Shown here: positions 37,830 to 52,265 of the stretch, in pieces
How positions within the stretch are numbered: the first letter of the stretch is position 1
Layout: the number at the start of each line of letters is the position of its first letter
Assembly: GCF_003918875.1 (NCBI RefSeq)
Contig: NW_025765978.1
Coordinates: 1-64,000 of the forward strand
From: Haliotis rubra
Taxonomy: Eukaryota
Length of the DNA: 64,000 nucleotides
Direction: 5' to 3'
The notes under the pieces: generated by a model
Told to the model about the DNA's origin: nothing
The model's database searches: none
Seen by the model: only the letters and a program-made list of their open reading frames with translations
Translations under genes and position numbers: made by a program

Positions 37830-38058
37830 GACCCCTGAAGATCGGGTTAAGTTATCTTCAGCAAACCCATGGTTGTCGTAAGAGGGTGGTCACGATCTCT
37901 GACTTAAAATGGTTGACACATGTCATCGCATCCCAGTTGCGTAGATCGATGCTCTATGCTGTTGATCACTGGATTGTCTAGTCCAGACTCGATTATTTAC
38001 AGACCGATACCCTATAGCTGGAATATTGCTGAGTGCGGCGTAAAACAACAAACACACA
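37830..38058 (+). mobile_element. Short retroposon family B, full-length head
   Basis: Starts gacccctgaagatcgggtt; body and tail match 29013-29221; (aaac)n-type tail. Confidence 0.9.
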
Positions 38059-41043
38059 AGGTAACTGGTCAGACTCCAGTTAATGACAAATGCCAGAATT
38101 TGTTTAAATATTGCTGATGTCGGTGTCCACCAAGAATTACCTGCCCTCACATAACCTTCAGTTTAAAGATTCCCGCGAAGGAAATATTATTAATTATACG
38201 TAACGGTTCGGGTACTTACTTCTAATGGAAGTGGAATAAATCGTGCTCACAAAATCAGGATGCTGCACTCCAAAACAGAGGTGATACTTTGTAAACTGGG
38301 CCAGGTGTCAAACGGCGATCTTTCAAAGTTTTTAAAAATCTGCCAGTGGAAATTTTCAATCCCGTAGTCATTCCGGTCATTGAATTCAAAAGAAAATTAA
38401 ACTGAAGCTTACTACCGCCACGCCTAACTGCCTCTTCCTTTTGCTTGCTTAACTTACGAATGTACAAACAGTGATATTTTTTTAAAACACACGAAGATTA
38501 GCCAAATGCACTAATTATCAGCTCAGTTCAACGGGCGTGCAAGGGTTGAGTGTGAGTTTGTCAATCCAAGTACGGGGATGAGGTCGATCGTCAGCAAAAT
38601 AACTCACCGGTTGAGACGGTAATGTGTGTTCATCTAAACGCCTTAATTCATGGAAATATCTGGCTGAAGATCGCAGGTACACTACAGGGATTAACGAAAA
38701 GCGTATATACAATCCCATACTTGTTTGGTGGTAGCTACAAATGAAGCAAACAATAACTAGTGTTGTTTAAGAATGCAGTGATGTTTTTGATACAGACCAT
38801 TGTGTTTGCTTTGACCTCGTAGGCTTACACGGTGTGTTTCTGGTATACTCCCATTTGTGAGACAGAGTAGAGTAGGTAATTATCAAAGAAAACACAACAT
38901 GTCCCCTATTCGATGCAGAAATGGATCAACCCAGAAGCTAATTAGAGATAAGCTATGTGGCACAGACTTGCGAACGGTGAATTGGGAACATTTTATTCTC
39001 ACATGGTATCGCATGACGTACACTTTATAAATCCGTAAAGTGACACCAGACAGCTTTATATATGGCACATTCATGCATACTAAAGCATTGAACAATTTTT
39101 TATCAATTTGGCAACTTTAGAGTTAAATGGTGAATAATCACATTCCATTAGATAGAAGCATTATTTTCAATATTGAGATGTTTGCAATAATATTGGGGAA
39201 GAAAATTGATGTCTAAGGACATTTTACAGTGCTGGACAGATGATGTACAATGTTGGTAGAATTTACCGCTACATCTTTCGATGCCGTACCAACGTCATAA
39301 GTTTCAATGGGCAACCTGTGGTTTGAAGTTCTAAAATTGTGGTTTGATGTATATTATGCTTATCTGCCTAATTCGCGTAGATGTCTTAAGAATCTGATCA
39401 CTTCAAGATTCTTCAGAGCTGGGTACCAGAACCTCCCTGCCAAGCTCATCTGGAGGTAACTTAATGAAACTTTAAAAGATAAATCAATTAACCTACTCAA
39501 ATAAATGTCTTTAAAAGATCAAAACTTTCTGTAGGTCACGTGATCATTTGTTTGAAAGAGAAATAAATTTACCTACTCAAATTTACGTGTTTAATTAATG
39601 GAACAACTGTTTTAATTATAATTGATATAAATGTACTTATTAACCTGTGTCTGCTCTTTTCGATCAGCAAGTACCGATGTCGACCTGGCTGCTTCATATC
39701 TTTGATAATCTATTTCATTATTTCTGTGTCTATTAATGTTCTTTATTGAAAACAATAAATGTTCTTTATTGAAAACAATAAATGCTCTTTAATGAACAAT
39801 GTCTTCTGTGTTAATTAACTCATTAATGAACCATGGGTTTTCTTCAATAACAGGGCTGTTCCCACTTTCATTGTAGGGATGTGGAAACACCACCCAGGTG
39901 CACTCAACCATTAATTAATGTGTCTCACAACTGGGAGTTCTCACAAATGGGAGGACACCTGTGTTTCGGTATAGTAACGTTTTGATAACATTTGTCATCT
40001 TTTGGTCGAACTCAGTTTTCAAGAGTATGTATATTTTGCTTTGTGGGCATTATGATCGCGGGGCTTAAAACCTTGTGCATAGAGATAAATCTTATAAAGA
40101 TATGTCGCTTCAAAAGAATGTTATTTTCACTCTATAGTATACACAGTTGGTGTTATGAAGAATACATTATTAAGAAAAATCAACAACACTGACTTTAAAA
40201 CCATGTAATTCTGACGACTTAAGCCATGGTGAAACAAGCACGTGAAACAGGTTTATTTTAGGCATATACGGTAAACATTACTTGAACCTGGAACTTGTGA
40301 AAATGATAAACTGCATGTACCTGTTTAGGCTGAATTGGATATTGCAAGGTGACTCACACGTGAAGGTAGAATTTAACTGCATCTATCATTTTTATGTATA
40401 TATTTTTAGCTTCCTGGCTTTTATATTACGTTATTATAAGTTATAGGTATCATTTCCGCCACATTCAGTTCACCATGCACGGGTTCTTCAGGGCCAGGTC
40501 ATATCTGCACAATTATAGCATGAAAGTGGTTTTCAGAAGCACCATGCATCACCGTATTTGAGACGACGTTTTGGATACCACTTGACACTATAGTCCATAG
40601 TATTGGGTAGAACCAATCCAGAACGTGATATAGGTGAAAAACAACCAGAAATACAACCAATCAGGGTATACAATTGGCTACATGTGAGGGTAGATTCCAT
40701 ATCATTAGCCCATGTCTCATTTTAAGTAGCCACGTCTTTTTTATCCCACAGAACACAAAGGCATCTCGGAGGAAACATTTCAAGTTTAAGCAAGCTTAAA
40801 ACTACAATCTGAGTCAACATCAAACTGGTTTACATCACTTGCAGAACCGGTGTACGTTACCCACAGCTAAATAACAAGAAGTATCGTTTTCAAATTTGCT
40901 TCGCTATTTCCAAATCAACATCATTTGACATGGACTTTAGGATTATATACTGGAACCAACTAGAGGAAATAAAACAAGTCAGACGAGCTGCCTCGATTAT
41001 TTTACACTCTCCGCACATAGAAGAAGAGCCTTTGTTATATATA

Positions 41044-42231
41044 CAGTACAACCAGAAATTATTTGAGAATTTAAAGATTTTTTTCACTCATTACTCACTT
41101 ATTAAATGTGAAATATTAGCAGAACATAACTCCAGATTCAAAGACAGGTGAACAGTTAGTATTTTTGTCAAGTCACCATGGGCAGCAAATGCGCAGGCTT
41201 CAATGCGTCGGGGCATGTACCAGATCTACTGATCAAAGTCGTGGTCCATGCTGTCCCAATATCGGACCACCTCTTCTTTCATTTCAATAATTGTCAGATT
41301 TTTCTTATTGACACTTTCCTTCATAAGTCCCCAAACATTTTCTATTGGATTTAGGGTCAGGGCTAAAGCTTGGCCAATCTAATAATGTCATATTTTGGGT
41401 CCGAAACCAGGCCTGTGAATGCTTCGAACGATGTTTTGGTCGTTGTCCTGCTGGAGAAATCCAAAAGTTTCCATAGAACACGTGAGCAGATGGAAGTAAA
41501 TGTCCCTCGAGAATATCTGAGTACCGCTCACTGTTCATATTCCATTCAAATACACAGAGGGGCGTTGCCCCTAACACAGATATGCCACCCCACACATTAA
41601 ATTTCAGACTGTACTTTGGGTGCTGATACCAAGGTTTTCAGTTTGTTTTGGTCCAGAATTTCAGTGTATTAGGAAACAGCCACATAGAACTTTCTACCTG
41701 AGAAAATCACATTGTCCCCGGTTAACATTTCTATGCTGTAAGCCCCAGTTCAACCTTCGCTCCTTTTGTTCAGGTTTCATGATCGGTGATGGAATTCCTC
41801 GACTTTTCTGCCAACCCATTGCATGCAGCTCAGTTCTAATTGTCTCCTTACAGACAGCCACAGTTCCTCTATCAATCATATCCAGCCTTAAGTTTTCTAA
41901 ACCCCTTCGTTTGCTTTTAGAAACAAGAATTCCAAGCCGCCTCCTGTCACCGACAGTCAATTTTCTGGGCCTACTTGCGCCTCCCTGGTGCTCAATGCCA
42001 TGTCCATCCCTTTGTCCACTGTTTATCGTGTTTTGAAAACTATTGCAAATGTCGTCTGCTAGCAAGTAATTAACGAAGGGGGGATAACTCTTCACAAACT
42101 AATGAAAAAGGATTAACGGAGTTGTCTCTCTTGAATGAAACCAAGCACTTGATAGCTGGTCAAGGTTGTTTATACTAGAAATCCAATTAAACATATTCCT
42201 AAAATTCTCAATAATTTCTGGTCACACATAT
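41044..42231 (-). mobile_element. Tc1 DNA transposon (~1.2 kb) with TIRs and a frameshifted transposase
   Basis: TIR core accagaaattat(t)tgagaattt at both ends in inverted orientation, flanked by TA; motifs RPRKLT..DRR, WGGIS, QDNDPKH-like, DWPSFSPD.NPIENVWG. Confidence 0.92.
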
Positions 42232-42256
42232 GTAGCATTTAAATCATGGAAGAATT

Positions 42257-42554
42257 CCCGACCGCGTCATACCAAAAGATGTTTAAATATGGTACTCGTT
42301 GGTCCCTGCCTGGCGCTCGGCATTAATGGGTACAACAAGGACTGGTCGGCTCGGAGTCAGTATAATGTGTCTGAGTGGGCTATTCATGCTTCACTGCGGC
42401 ATGGTATCTCAGTGGGCAAGCACTATAAAACCAGCTTAAGTCTGGGCTAGTACAAGCAGCCGCGCATACACATACACACATATGCACGTCGTCACATGAG
42501 CGAAATATTCTCAAGCACGACGTTAAACTCACTTTCACCTCACCTCACCTCACC
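42257..42554 (+). mobile_element. SINE family C, 5'-truncated, 13-bp TSD
   Basis: TSD tcatggaagaatt at 42244-42256 and 42555-42567. Confidence 0.95.
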
Positions 42555-45500
42555 TCATGGAAGAATTGACCCGCAGTATCGCATGTTTGATGTAAGAACA
42601 GACGAAATAAAGAGAATCGGGTGGTCAGACAACTATATGAATCAGTCATCTTATACCCAGACGCCGATCGTTCGTTACCCAAAACTGTTTAGCTAGTTGA
42701 GGCACACAGACATCCAAGAAGCAGGCAATCCAACTCGCTTCAATTTTTTAACAAAGCCTATATCTCCTGTTCCCCGTCACCCCCAACCTTCCCACATCAT
42801 TTCCCCCAACCAACAGTTGTAACATATATAGTGTTGCCATTTGTAGGATATGAACGGATATGTATAATCAAGCGTCTTCTAAGTTGTGTACGAACGAGTC
42901 GTGCGTTTCTTGAAGAAAACAGCATGGGTCATGTTGTTCATAGTCCTAATGCTGCAGGTGCCTTTGTACCTACAATACTGTAATAACAGGCGGTGTTTGT
43001 GTACAAACAAACAAGGGCTATTTCTGACATTAGGATTTTCCTTATAGCGATAACGCATGATATTTCACACTTGATAGAACAAATCAGCATTATCGATAGC
43101 GACGGTAGCCATTCAGACTAGCGTTTATCCCATTGATGCCAAATCGGCTTTTTCCGTGTGATATATATCCATATGTACACCGGTCAGTGTGACTGAATTA
43201 AAAGCGTTGCTAAATATAGGATAGGCCTACTCGCTCTTACGAAAAGAGGTTTTAGCCTCAGCTGATAGTGAATCTGTCTGGTGCACTTTTATTGATGTAG
43301 ATTATTTTAACAATGCTGGTCATAAGTAGAAACAATATTTAAAAAAGTGAAACTTAATTCGTTTCAGATATGAAAACAAGAAAACGAACAAACACTTTGT
43401 AGTGACAGGCTGGGCGTCGGGCGTCGGGTGTATTGGCAAAAAGGGATCGGTCAGACCTACGTGTCATGTTTCACCCTGCAAAACGTTAGAAGCGTCAATA
43501 TTTATCTCATCAGGACTTTCAATATGAAACCGACACTGAAAACTAAAGTATATTCTTTTCATTTCACAATAGCGTCTATTTATCTACAATATAATGGAAA
43601 ATATCGCAATATCTATTCTGGAAAATATATACATGTATAAGTGCCTAGCCCTACCATTTATAATAGAGAATGAACGTTTCAACAAAGGTATTATGATATA
43701 TTGATTATATTAAGGCCAAACTATATATCGGCTTCCTGTAGAGATAACATAGATGGCATGTTCTCATATTATCATGGGAGGCATCAACGGCCGAATTGGT
43801 AACTTACTAAATATGTAAATACTGAAACAAGTACATTCTAAATTTTGTTTCCAGAAACAAAGTCAGAACATTATTTCTTATTGTAGTAATTTCGTATCGA
43901 CATATTCTTACAACGATGTGATGTTCCGAGTCTTAATTTGGAAATATATTTTTGGCAACAAAGTACTTGGAAGGGTATTTGTGCATACCTCGCGTACCTT
44001 TATCGTTTGAGAATTCACCTTGACTCACCTTTGTTGGTTATGTCACAATGTGTACAGACGAAACTAATATGAAAGCATCAATATCTTATATTTCAAAATA
44101 GGTATGAAAGAAACTGAAGTAGTTGGCACAGGACTGGGCTGCGCAAGCCCCCGAAAATGTCACACACACATCTTACACTTCAAAGACGCATTAACCCACG
44201 TGTTGCATATAGTCGAGTCTACTTATCTATACGGGTGTTGGAATGTCAATAGAAAGTATTATTAAATATTGTGTGTAAAAATAAACAAATACTTGTAAAA
44301 TACCTTGGTCACTCATGTGTAGCAATAAATATTTGTGTCAAAACAACTTGAAACATCAAAAGATATACCTTATGCGACGTTTTGCCGCTGTAGGGAATTC
44401 CTACGTCCCCTCACAAGCCAAATGAGTCAGCCGAGTACAAAAATCGATATTGCAACCACGTAATACCGACAACAAGCGTGTGTGCCGAGTGTGGTGGGTT
44501 GGTGTATGGTGCGAGTTTTCGAGTAACTGGAGCTTTATGGCATTGTTATAATGGTAAGTTGTCACATACTGTATGTAACCAGATGTGAATGAGAAGATAA
44601 ACCACGGTGCCCACCACGGCCATTCAAGTGTGACGGATCGTCTGCAATCACGAGCGATTCTTGTCTGAAAAGATGACGAAGAATTTTCGATTTTCATCTG
44701 ATTGCGCCGAACGAGCGGCAACCATGTCGTTCAAACACCTCATGTTGTCGTTTTGTCCACAACACGGTAGTGTTAAAGATGACATCTCTGTTTTCATCAG
44801 TATCGTGCACTTTTCTCCATTCAAAGGTGGGCTGAAAATAGCACCTTGAATACATTATCACACCAGTCATTTTCATCAGCTGTAAAATTACCGGTTTTAT
44901 CCTTTGAAGGTTTGTGTTGACATTGACAGTTAAAATATATATACACACTGACATTGTTATTGAAAAATTGTTCCCTTCAAACCTGGCCATTTAATAATTT
45001 GTTGAAATGAACAAGCATTGTAAATGTCTAACACATCAGAGTCATTAGAGGTTATGTTCAACTAATGCACAGTACATGGGTACTGAGCCAGTGTCAGATC
45101 GTGGTAAATCTTAATGAACCTTTGTCAACTTGTAGCCTCGTCAGTAGCTGCCTATACTGCCAGATTATATATACTATTATATGGTCTCAGGTCCAGCATA
45201 CATGCATATATTTGGAGGTGATTTGATTAAAGTACTGTCAGAAATAGAAAAAAACCTTTTTTTTTCACATTTATACCTACAGTTTATGTAGTTAATATGT
45301 GAAAGTGTGAAATATCTGTTAAACTAAGTATTTAACAGATATGCCATGCAAGTCGACGGTCCGTCGTCATACCTGGCTGAGCGACCTAATTGCCATCTAT
45401 AGTCTGATCTATTGTTTTCAGCAGCTATTCATATTTTTTCTAAGTTTTGCCCGATTTTCACGAGAGTAAACATGCTTTTCTGGATATCCTGTTACGCATC

Positions 45501-46808
45501 CCACTGAACGCCCACTTGCCGATGTGGGTTATTTCGACATATGCTATTTGCAATCGTGTAAAGTTTAGGGATACAGAGTAACAGCCTAAAACATTTTTTT
45601 TCAATTTCCGACAGTACTTTAGTAGAGGTAGTTAAGTGCCTTGACTAAGTGCCTATACATACAGCCATGTTCATTTGTAAATCCTGACATTGATAGGTAT
45701 AACATTACAATAGAAACTCAACAGTTGAACAGATGACCTTTAAATTATCACCAAGTTTTCCATAATTCATTTCACAAATTATGTTGAACAGTGCAGATGT
45801 TTATGATGGTGTTCATAGAGAGCTTGAAAGGAATTTGCAGTATAAACCAATTATGTCATATTTATTTCCGAATATTTGTGTTATTCGATACCATTACATT
45901 AAGCTGTTAAAAGCACTTAAAGGAAGCATGGTTCTTGCTAATGTAAGAGTCATATATATAAGTAGCCATGGTCAGCTCCAACAAACTCCCAGCATATAGC
46001 TGGTATATTGCTGAGTGCAGCGTTAAACAATAACCAATTCAACAAACTCTGTTTTAGTCATAGGAAGAAAAGAACCAATGATAACTTATGATTATCCCTA
46101 ATCTTCATATGTTTATATATTCATGGAGAAAATGAATGACTGCATCTACAGTATATTTTGATGCTGTGGGATATGTTCACCATGTTGATGCACGCTATGT
46201 GATTTTATGATCACATGTATGTTTCTGTGACATTGTTGATGAGGTCTCTAACATGTGTAATGTGATGCAAAATCATTGAATCTTCAATTCCGGATCCTGA
46301 TTGCATTTGATCCATTTTTACAATCATTACCTGTTTTCCATGCATCAAGACAGATGTCATGCCAACATATGAAAGGGAGGTAACTCCTGAGGACTTGCTC
46401 CAGAGTTCTTGACATCTATCCAAGATTCTTGGGCAGTTAAAATGTTACATATGCTCACTAGCCTGTGGCTAGGAATAGTTTCAAAGGGGAAAGTGTATCA
46501 TAGACTATTACTGGCATTTTTGTTCAATATGAAAAGAAACTAGATTTTTTATACCTTAGAGAATAATTTCTTGAGTAATTAAAGTTAGTGAATGCATTTA
46601 TAAGTGATTCAAACTTAAGTTTTACTTTTATTTTATGAGTTCCTCTCAGAATATCAACAGTTTTCTCACCAGGTTATGCACATTCCTGTTCCTCATTACA
46701 ATTAAATTGTCTCCCACTCTGAGGTAGTTGGCTGAAGGCGCTGTCATCTAGTGATGATAGGACATGAGAGTGTGGAGGAAAGGCATGCATATTATTTCCA
46801 TAAAACTG

Positions 46809-47159
46809 GACCGCCTCCGTGGTGTAGGGGTTAGGCTGCCGGAGAGCGGAAGGTCGCGGGTTCGATCCCGGCGTCATACCAAAAGACGTTAAAATATGGT
46901 ACTTGTTGGTCCCTGCCTGAAATTTCGGCATTAATGGGTACAACAAGGACTGGTCGGCATTTCGAGTCAGTATAATGTGTCTGAGTGGGGTATTCATGCT
47001 TCACTGCGGCATGGTATCTCAGTGGGCTAGCACTATAAAACCAGCCTAAGTCTGGGCTAGTACAAGCAGGCGCACGTCATACACATACACACGCATGCAC
47101 GTCGTCATATGAGCGAAATATTCTCAAGCATGACGTAAAACCCACTTTCACCTCACCTC
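46809..47159 (+). mobile_element. SINE family C, full length
   Basis: Colinear with 36124-36488. Confidence 0.92.
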
Positions 47160-47739
47160 CATATCACTGTTTTATTCCTTTCCACAGTGGTATTCCCTAT
47201 CATTGTGGATATGTATATTGCCAATCACTGTGGTGTAGATAAATTGTTTTCCCTTTGGAATTCGAACATTGCGTAGTTCATCAGAATCTTATGACTTACA
47301 CAACACCAAATAGGACACAGCTGAAGTATAAATATTTAAATGTGAAAAGTACATGCCTGTGCATAAGTACACACATGTCCTGAGAAGACTTTTTCTCACT
47401 TTCACTGTGTGTGTTTGAATGTGCACGTGTGTGTGCGCATTCGTGGTATTATAGCTATTTCCTAACCCTTATTTATTTATTTATTCATTTAAACCCTGTG
47501 ACTCTGGTATATTCAGTATAATATTTTCCTTGTCACTGTGGTATATATTCTCTTAATCATCATGGTATAGTCACTACCACTGAGGTATTCATGAGCACTG
47601 GAATATTCCCTAATCAATTGTGGTGTATTCCCTATCCTATCTTTGGCTGGTGTTCAGACAGATTGCATCTCGGCTTACTATTCTTCTCATTATAGTGCAT
47701 TTTCTGTCCGTCATCATCTACATGTGGCTCTTAATATTT

Positions 47740-47865
47740 AGCCGAAGACCCGGGTTCGAGTCCCCACATGGGCACAATGTGTGAAGCCCATTTCTGGTGT
47801 CCCCCGCCATGATATTGCTGGAATATTGCTAAAAGCGGCGTATAACTTAACTCAGTCAGTCAGTC
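47740..47865 (+). mobile_element. SINE family A, 5'-truncated
   Basis: Begins gccgaagacccgggttcg; (cagt)n tail. Confidence 0.9.
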
Positions 47866-49479
47866 TTAGTATTTATTACATCTTATTATTGAAACCTGAT
47901 AATGCAGTAACAATTTCATAATCACTGAATCAAGGTGTTATATATTAACTATTTAATTCATTTTAAAAAAACAACACAATCTCAATTTTGTGGCATGTGC
48001 AGAATGACTTCTGGCTATTCTGAAAGTACAGTTTTCTTTTTCCCTTGGGATTTGAGACTGTAGCAGGCAAAGGAAGAGGACTGCTACAAGCAATGTCACT
48101 TTGAAAGTTGTCATGTTAACAAAGTAGTGGTAACTTCTAGAATTGCTAGTAAGTCAGTGACATATTCTTTCATTTTGCCGTATTTTTAGTTTCTGAGATG
48201 ATACCACATTATTAATTTTAAGTTTTCTCATAATTGTCTCTGCTTCTTTAAAATAATATACATCCAAAAGACTTCATTCACACATACTTTTATGTCAACA
48301 TTTTTTTAAGATTTTCATTTTTCGGAAACCTTTGACCAGTTTCCAAGCAATTTTGCCCATGTATACTGGCAATGTTCTCACTGACCAGTATTGACATAGG
48401 AACATATTTCTTCAGCAATATTGACTGTCCTTATGGCATAATGAAGCTACAAATTTCAGGAATTAATCCCTTGGTCAACACACAGCCATGTATCCTTGCT
48501 CAAGGAATGGCAAGATCTTACGTTATATTGACCTTTCTCCCCAACCCACACCTGTGGCTACTGACAATTTTCACCTGGGCAATGTGTTCCCTGACCTTTG
48601 AGTGGACAAACAGGTGCTTTCAGTTATTGAGCTATAATCTGTGGAAAACTGATCATGCTCCTTCAGAGAGGTCAAACTCAGCTGTTTTAGTGTCAGGTAT
48701 ATTTTTGTTTACGGAGCTGTCAAGTTTGATTGCCATTATCATTGTAAGGTGAGATGCCTTGATGTTTTACAGGTTTTGACCTGGATTTTGAATGTCTATG
48801 GGTTACTGTGTATGACACCTTCATGCTAGTTGGCTGTTATGTTGGCAGAATTGTACATGTGACTTGTTTGAAGTGGCTTGTGACTTGCTGCTCATGGTTG
48901 GTTTGAGTAATGAGCTTTGTGTTACAATTACCTCAGCTCAGGGATAGGAACTGTTTAGGTGTTTTAAGAGCTTTGTATTGTTCGTTTGGCTTTAGAGCCA
49001 GTAGGTAGCCCAGTAGGTTGGCCAGTAGCTAATCTGTTCACTTGTCTGGAGACCTGTGTTTTATTCCCTTCATGGTATGACTAGCTCAGTATGAATAAAA
49101 GGCACTTTTTTAGGCATGTAAGTATGGTAAGAGCTTTGTATTGTTTGTTAGGCTTTAGTGTCAGTTGTTAAGCTTGTGGATGAGGTGTTAGCTTGTCAGC
49201 TGTATGTGGTACTACAAGCTTGATATGAGGTGTAGGCATTGTCAGCTGACAATCCCAATAGCATGACTGATTGTCATTCTACAGAGGTGGTGTTGATAAT
49301 TGTGTATACTTTCAGTGGTTTGTCTGGTCCAGTATTTATAGTGTCAGATGTAAACTGAATATTGCTAATGGCTCTTTCTTTCACGATCATACCAAATTGT
49401 TTCTTTATGTTTACAGTGAAGCTTCCCTTTCACAGCTGTTTGTGTTTGATGATGGTCTTTGGTAATAAAACGATGTTCA

Positions 49480-49632
49480 GGAGGTAGCCTAGTGGTTAAA
49501 GCGTTCGCTCGTCACGCCGAAGGCCCGGGTTCAATTCCCCACACGGGTACAATGTGTGAAGCCAATTTCTGGTGTTCCCTGCCTTGATATTGAGGAATAT
49601 TGCTAAAAGCGGCGTAAAATACAACTCACTCA
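49480..49632 (+). mobile_element. SINE family A, followed by an older degenerate copy at ~49652-49800
   Basis: ggtagcctagtggttaaagcgttcgctcgtcacgccgaag head and standard tail. Confidence 0.9.
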
Positions 49633-50501
49633 TTTTCTCACATTAACATAAGGGTAGCCAGGTGGTTAATGTGTTTGTTTGTCACACTGACAGCACGGGT
49701 TCAATTCCCTATGGATCTGTGTAAGAAACCCTTTTTAGTCTCCATTCCCTTTATATTACTTTTACATTACTTAATCCAACATAAAACTGTACTCATTCAG
49801 TCGTATATACAGAACCTTTTGGTGTTAAGTGTACATTCCAAATCTTTCTTCAAGTAGATATTTTTGTTTCTATTGCCTGTGTTTCACATTCAGTAATTCA
49901 TTATGGGATAACTTCTCCTGTTGATCTTAATATGAAAACAATACAACAATTCTTCACCTTTTTATACATATCCACATATTTTTCACAAAATGCCATCTTT
50001 CATGCTGTGAAAGTGTTTATTTCGTCCCACCCATCCTTCATGAATCTCAAGTAGGTGAATGTCACCAGTGAGCATGTGCTACACTTTGATATGCCTGATA
50101 CGTCCCATGTGATCGCGGTGATGTGTTCCTGATTAAAGTGGCAGAAAACAGAAATTTCTTGCAAGAAACACCTGTGGCAACTTGTGAAATGTGAAGTGGG
50201 CACATGCAGGCATTTGAGTCAAATAGGGCAGTTTTGTCTTTCACAGTGTGTGTACTCGCTTAATGAGTGAAGTAGGAACGTGCACTTGTTCTCACTCTTT
50301 TACATGCTTCTCCAGGGTACAGACATATGTGCTTCAGGTTAGTGATCCTTATGTTTAACAGTTTATTTTGGAAATGACTTTGCTATGATCTTATTTGATG
50401 CTCAGGATCATTGCTGTAATATGATGGTCGCTTGTTAATGATCAAGTCTGGACCATACCAACCAATGATTTGATAAGATGTGCAAAATCTTATGCTGATG
50501 G

Positions 50502-50747
50502 GTGAGTGAGTTTAGTTTTATGCTGCACTCAGCAGTATTCCAGCTATATGGCGGCGGTCTGTAAAAAAAAAAGCGAATCTGGACCAGACAATCCAGTGAT
50601 CAACAGTATGAGCATCAATCTGCGCAATTGTGAACCGATGACATGTGTCAACTAAGTAAGTGAGCCTGACCACCCGATCGTGTTAGTCGCCTCTTACAAC
50701 AAGCATGGGGTACTGAAGATCAATTCTAACCTGGACCTTCATGGGTG
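50502..50747 (-). mobile_element. Short retroposon family B, full length, 11-bp TSD
   Basis: TSD tatgctgatgg at 50491-50501 and 50748-50758. Confidence 0.95.
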
Positions 50748-52135
50748 TATGCTGATGGATTGCAATGACAAAGTCACTAAGTCTGACCACCTAGTTTATG
50801 TTGTTATCTATGACAACAGTTAAAGATTGCTGGGAACCTATTGTAACCAAAAAAACAATCTGAATCTTAAAATCACTGATTCGGTGGATCAGAAGAAATG
50901 TGGCAACAGTGGAAAACAAACAACTCCACATGCATTGAGATGCCGAAAGACTATTGCAATCCATTAGCTTATTTTGCTGGAAATGATTACATAAATTTGA
51001 AAGTCTTTGTAAAACCTTTCTCATATTGATCGTGTTTGTAAATACTTTCGTTTGATAAACCTTCAGACTGACATTATTGACAGCCATAGATAACACCTCA
51101 TAGCTGGAATATGGCTGAAAACAGGCTCAGAGAGGGTCAGATGTGGTTTGTGCCTTGGCCATGTCATCTCTGGCTGTTGTAATGTAGGGACTGGGCTCAC
51201 CATAGTCAGTACATTGCTTCTGATTTCAATATCCATGTTAAACAGTAATTCTGTATTCAGAAACACACATTCATGTACATCACTATAAAAGTGCAAAATT
51301 GTGATCACTTGAAATCCCCCCCGATTCCATACCTCACCCCAGATTCTCGGAACTGGTGATGAATCCTTGCAATGAAAGTTTATCTCCATTTTGTAATTTC
51401 ATGGTTATGTCTGTTCACAAATCGAGCACGATCTACAATAGCTGTCATGAACCTATATGACCCTTTCAAGTCTCTATCCTGACTCGGGGACATTTGAAAC
51501 CTCCATAAGTCGGTTTTGTTTCCCAAGGTGATTGGGTCATAATAAAACTGTTAGGACCAATCAATTCAGTAGAAAGGCCAGACAGGCAATACACTATCCC
51601 ATTAAAGCTCATCGAGCACACTGGGCAGTATGGGCTATATCATCACAAGGCAATAGCATGGTGTGATTACCATAATGTGTTCATAAATAGCTCATATTAT
51701 CTTTGTGCTTGAGGGAATATCAAGCATAGATATGTTGTGACTGTATATGACATGGTTTGTGCCAGATGGAGAGTTCTATACAGGTGGATGTTGTTTGAAA
51801 TTTTCGTTAACCATATTGTTTTTTGTCCAGATAACTGTTCTGTATTCTGTATTTAAATTGACACTGGACCAGACAATCCATTGATTGACATCATGAACAC
51901 TGATCTTTGCTACTGGGACACGGTGACACCAAGTCAGCATGTATTGGAACGTTTTTAAGGCCAGACCAATTTTTATTTCTTTGTTTTACGGATCCGTCTG
52001 TGCGTATTTTTCAAGAATAATAAAAAATAATAAAAATCAATTTTCCCTTCTCAAAAACAAAAATCCTAATGTATATATTGGCCAAAAATGTTAACATACA
52101 AGAAATTTTGATGAACATAGAGATTTTTTCTAGGT

Positions 52136-52265
52136 TACATCTTCTTTTTATTCTTGAGTACAACATTTCAGGGCTTGTTCTGGCCCCATCATCAGGTAAA
52201 ACTGAACAGACTGCGGCCAGAAACAAGCCCTGAAACGTTGTGCTCAAGAATAAAAAGAAGATGTA
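52136..52265. mobile_element. Palindromic Penelope-like pseudo-LTR ends with a minimal hammerhead-ribozyme motif
   Basis: ~50-bp inverted arms. Minus strand reads CTGATGA-t-GGGGC-cagaacaa-GCCCT-GAAA-tgttg...AATAAA; the plus arm has gaaacgttg...aataaa. Confidence 0.7.
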
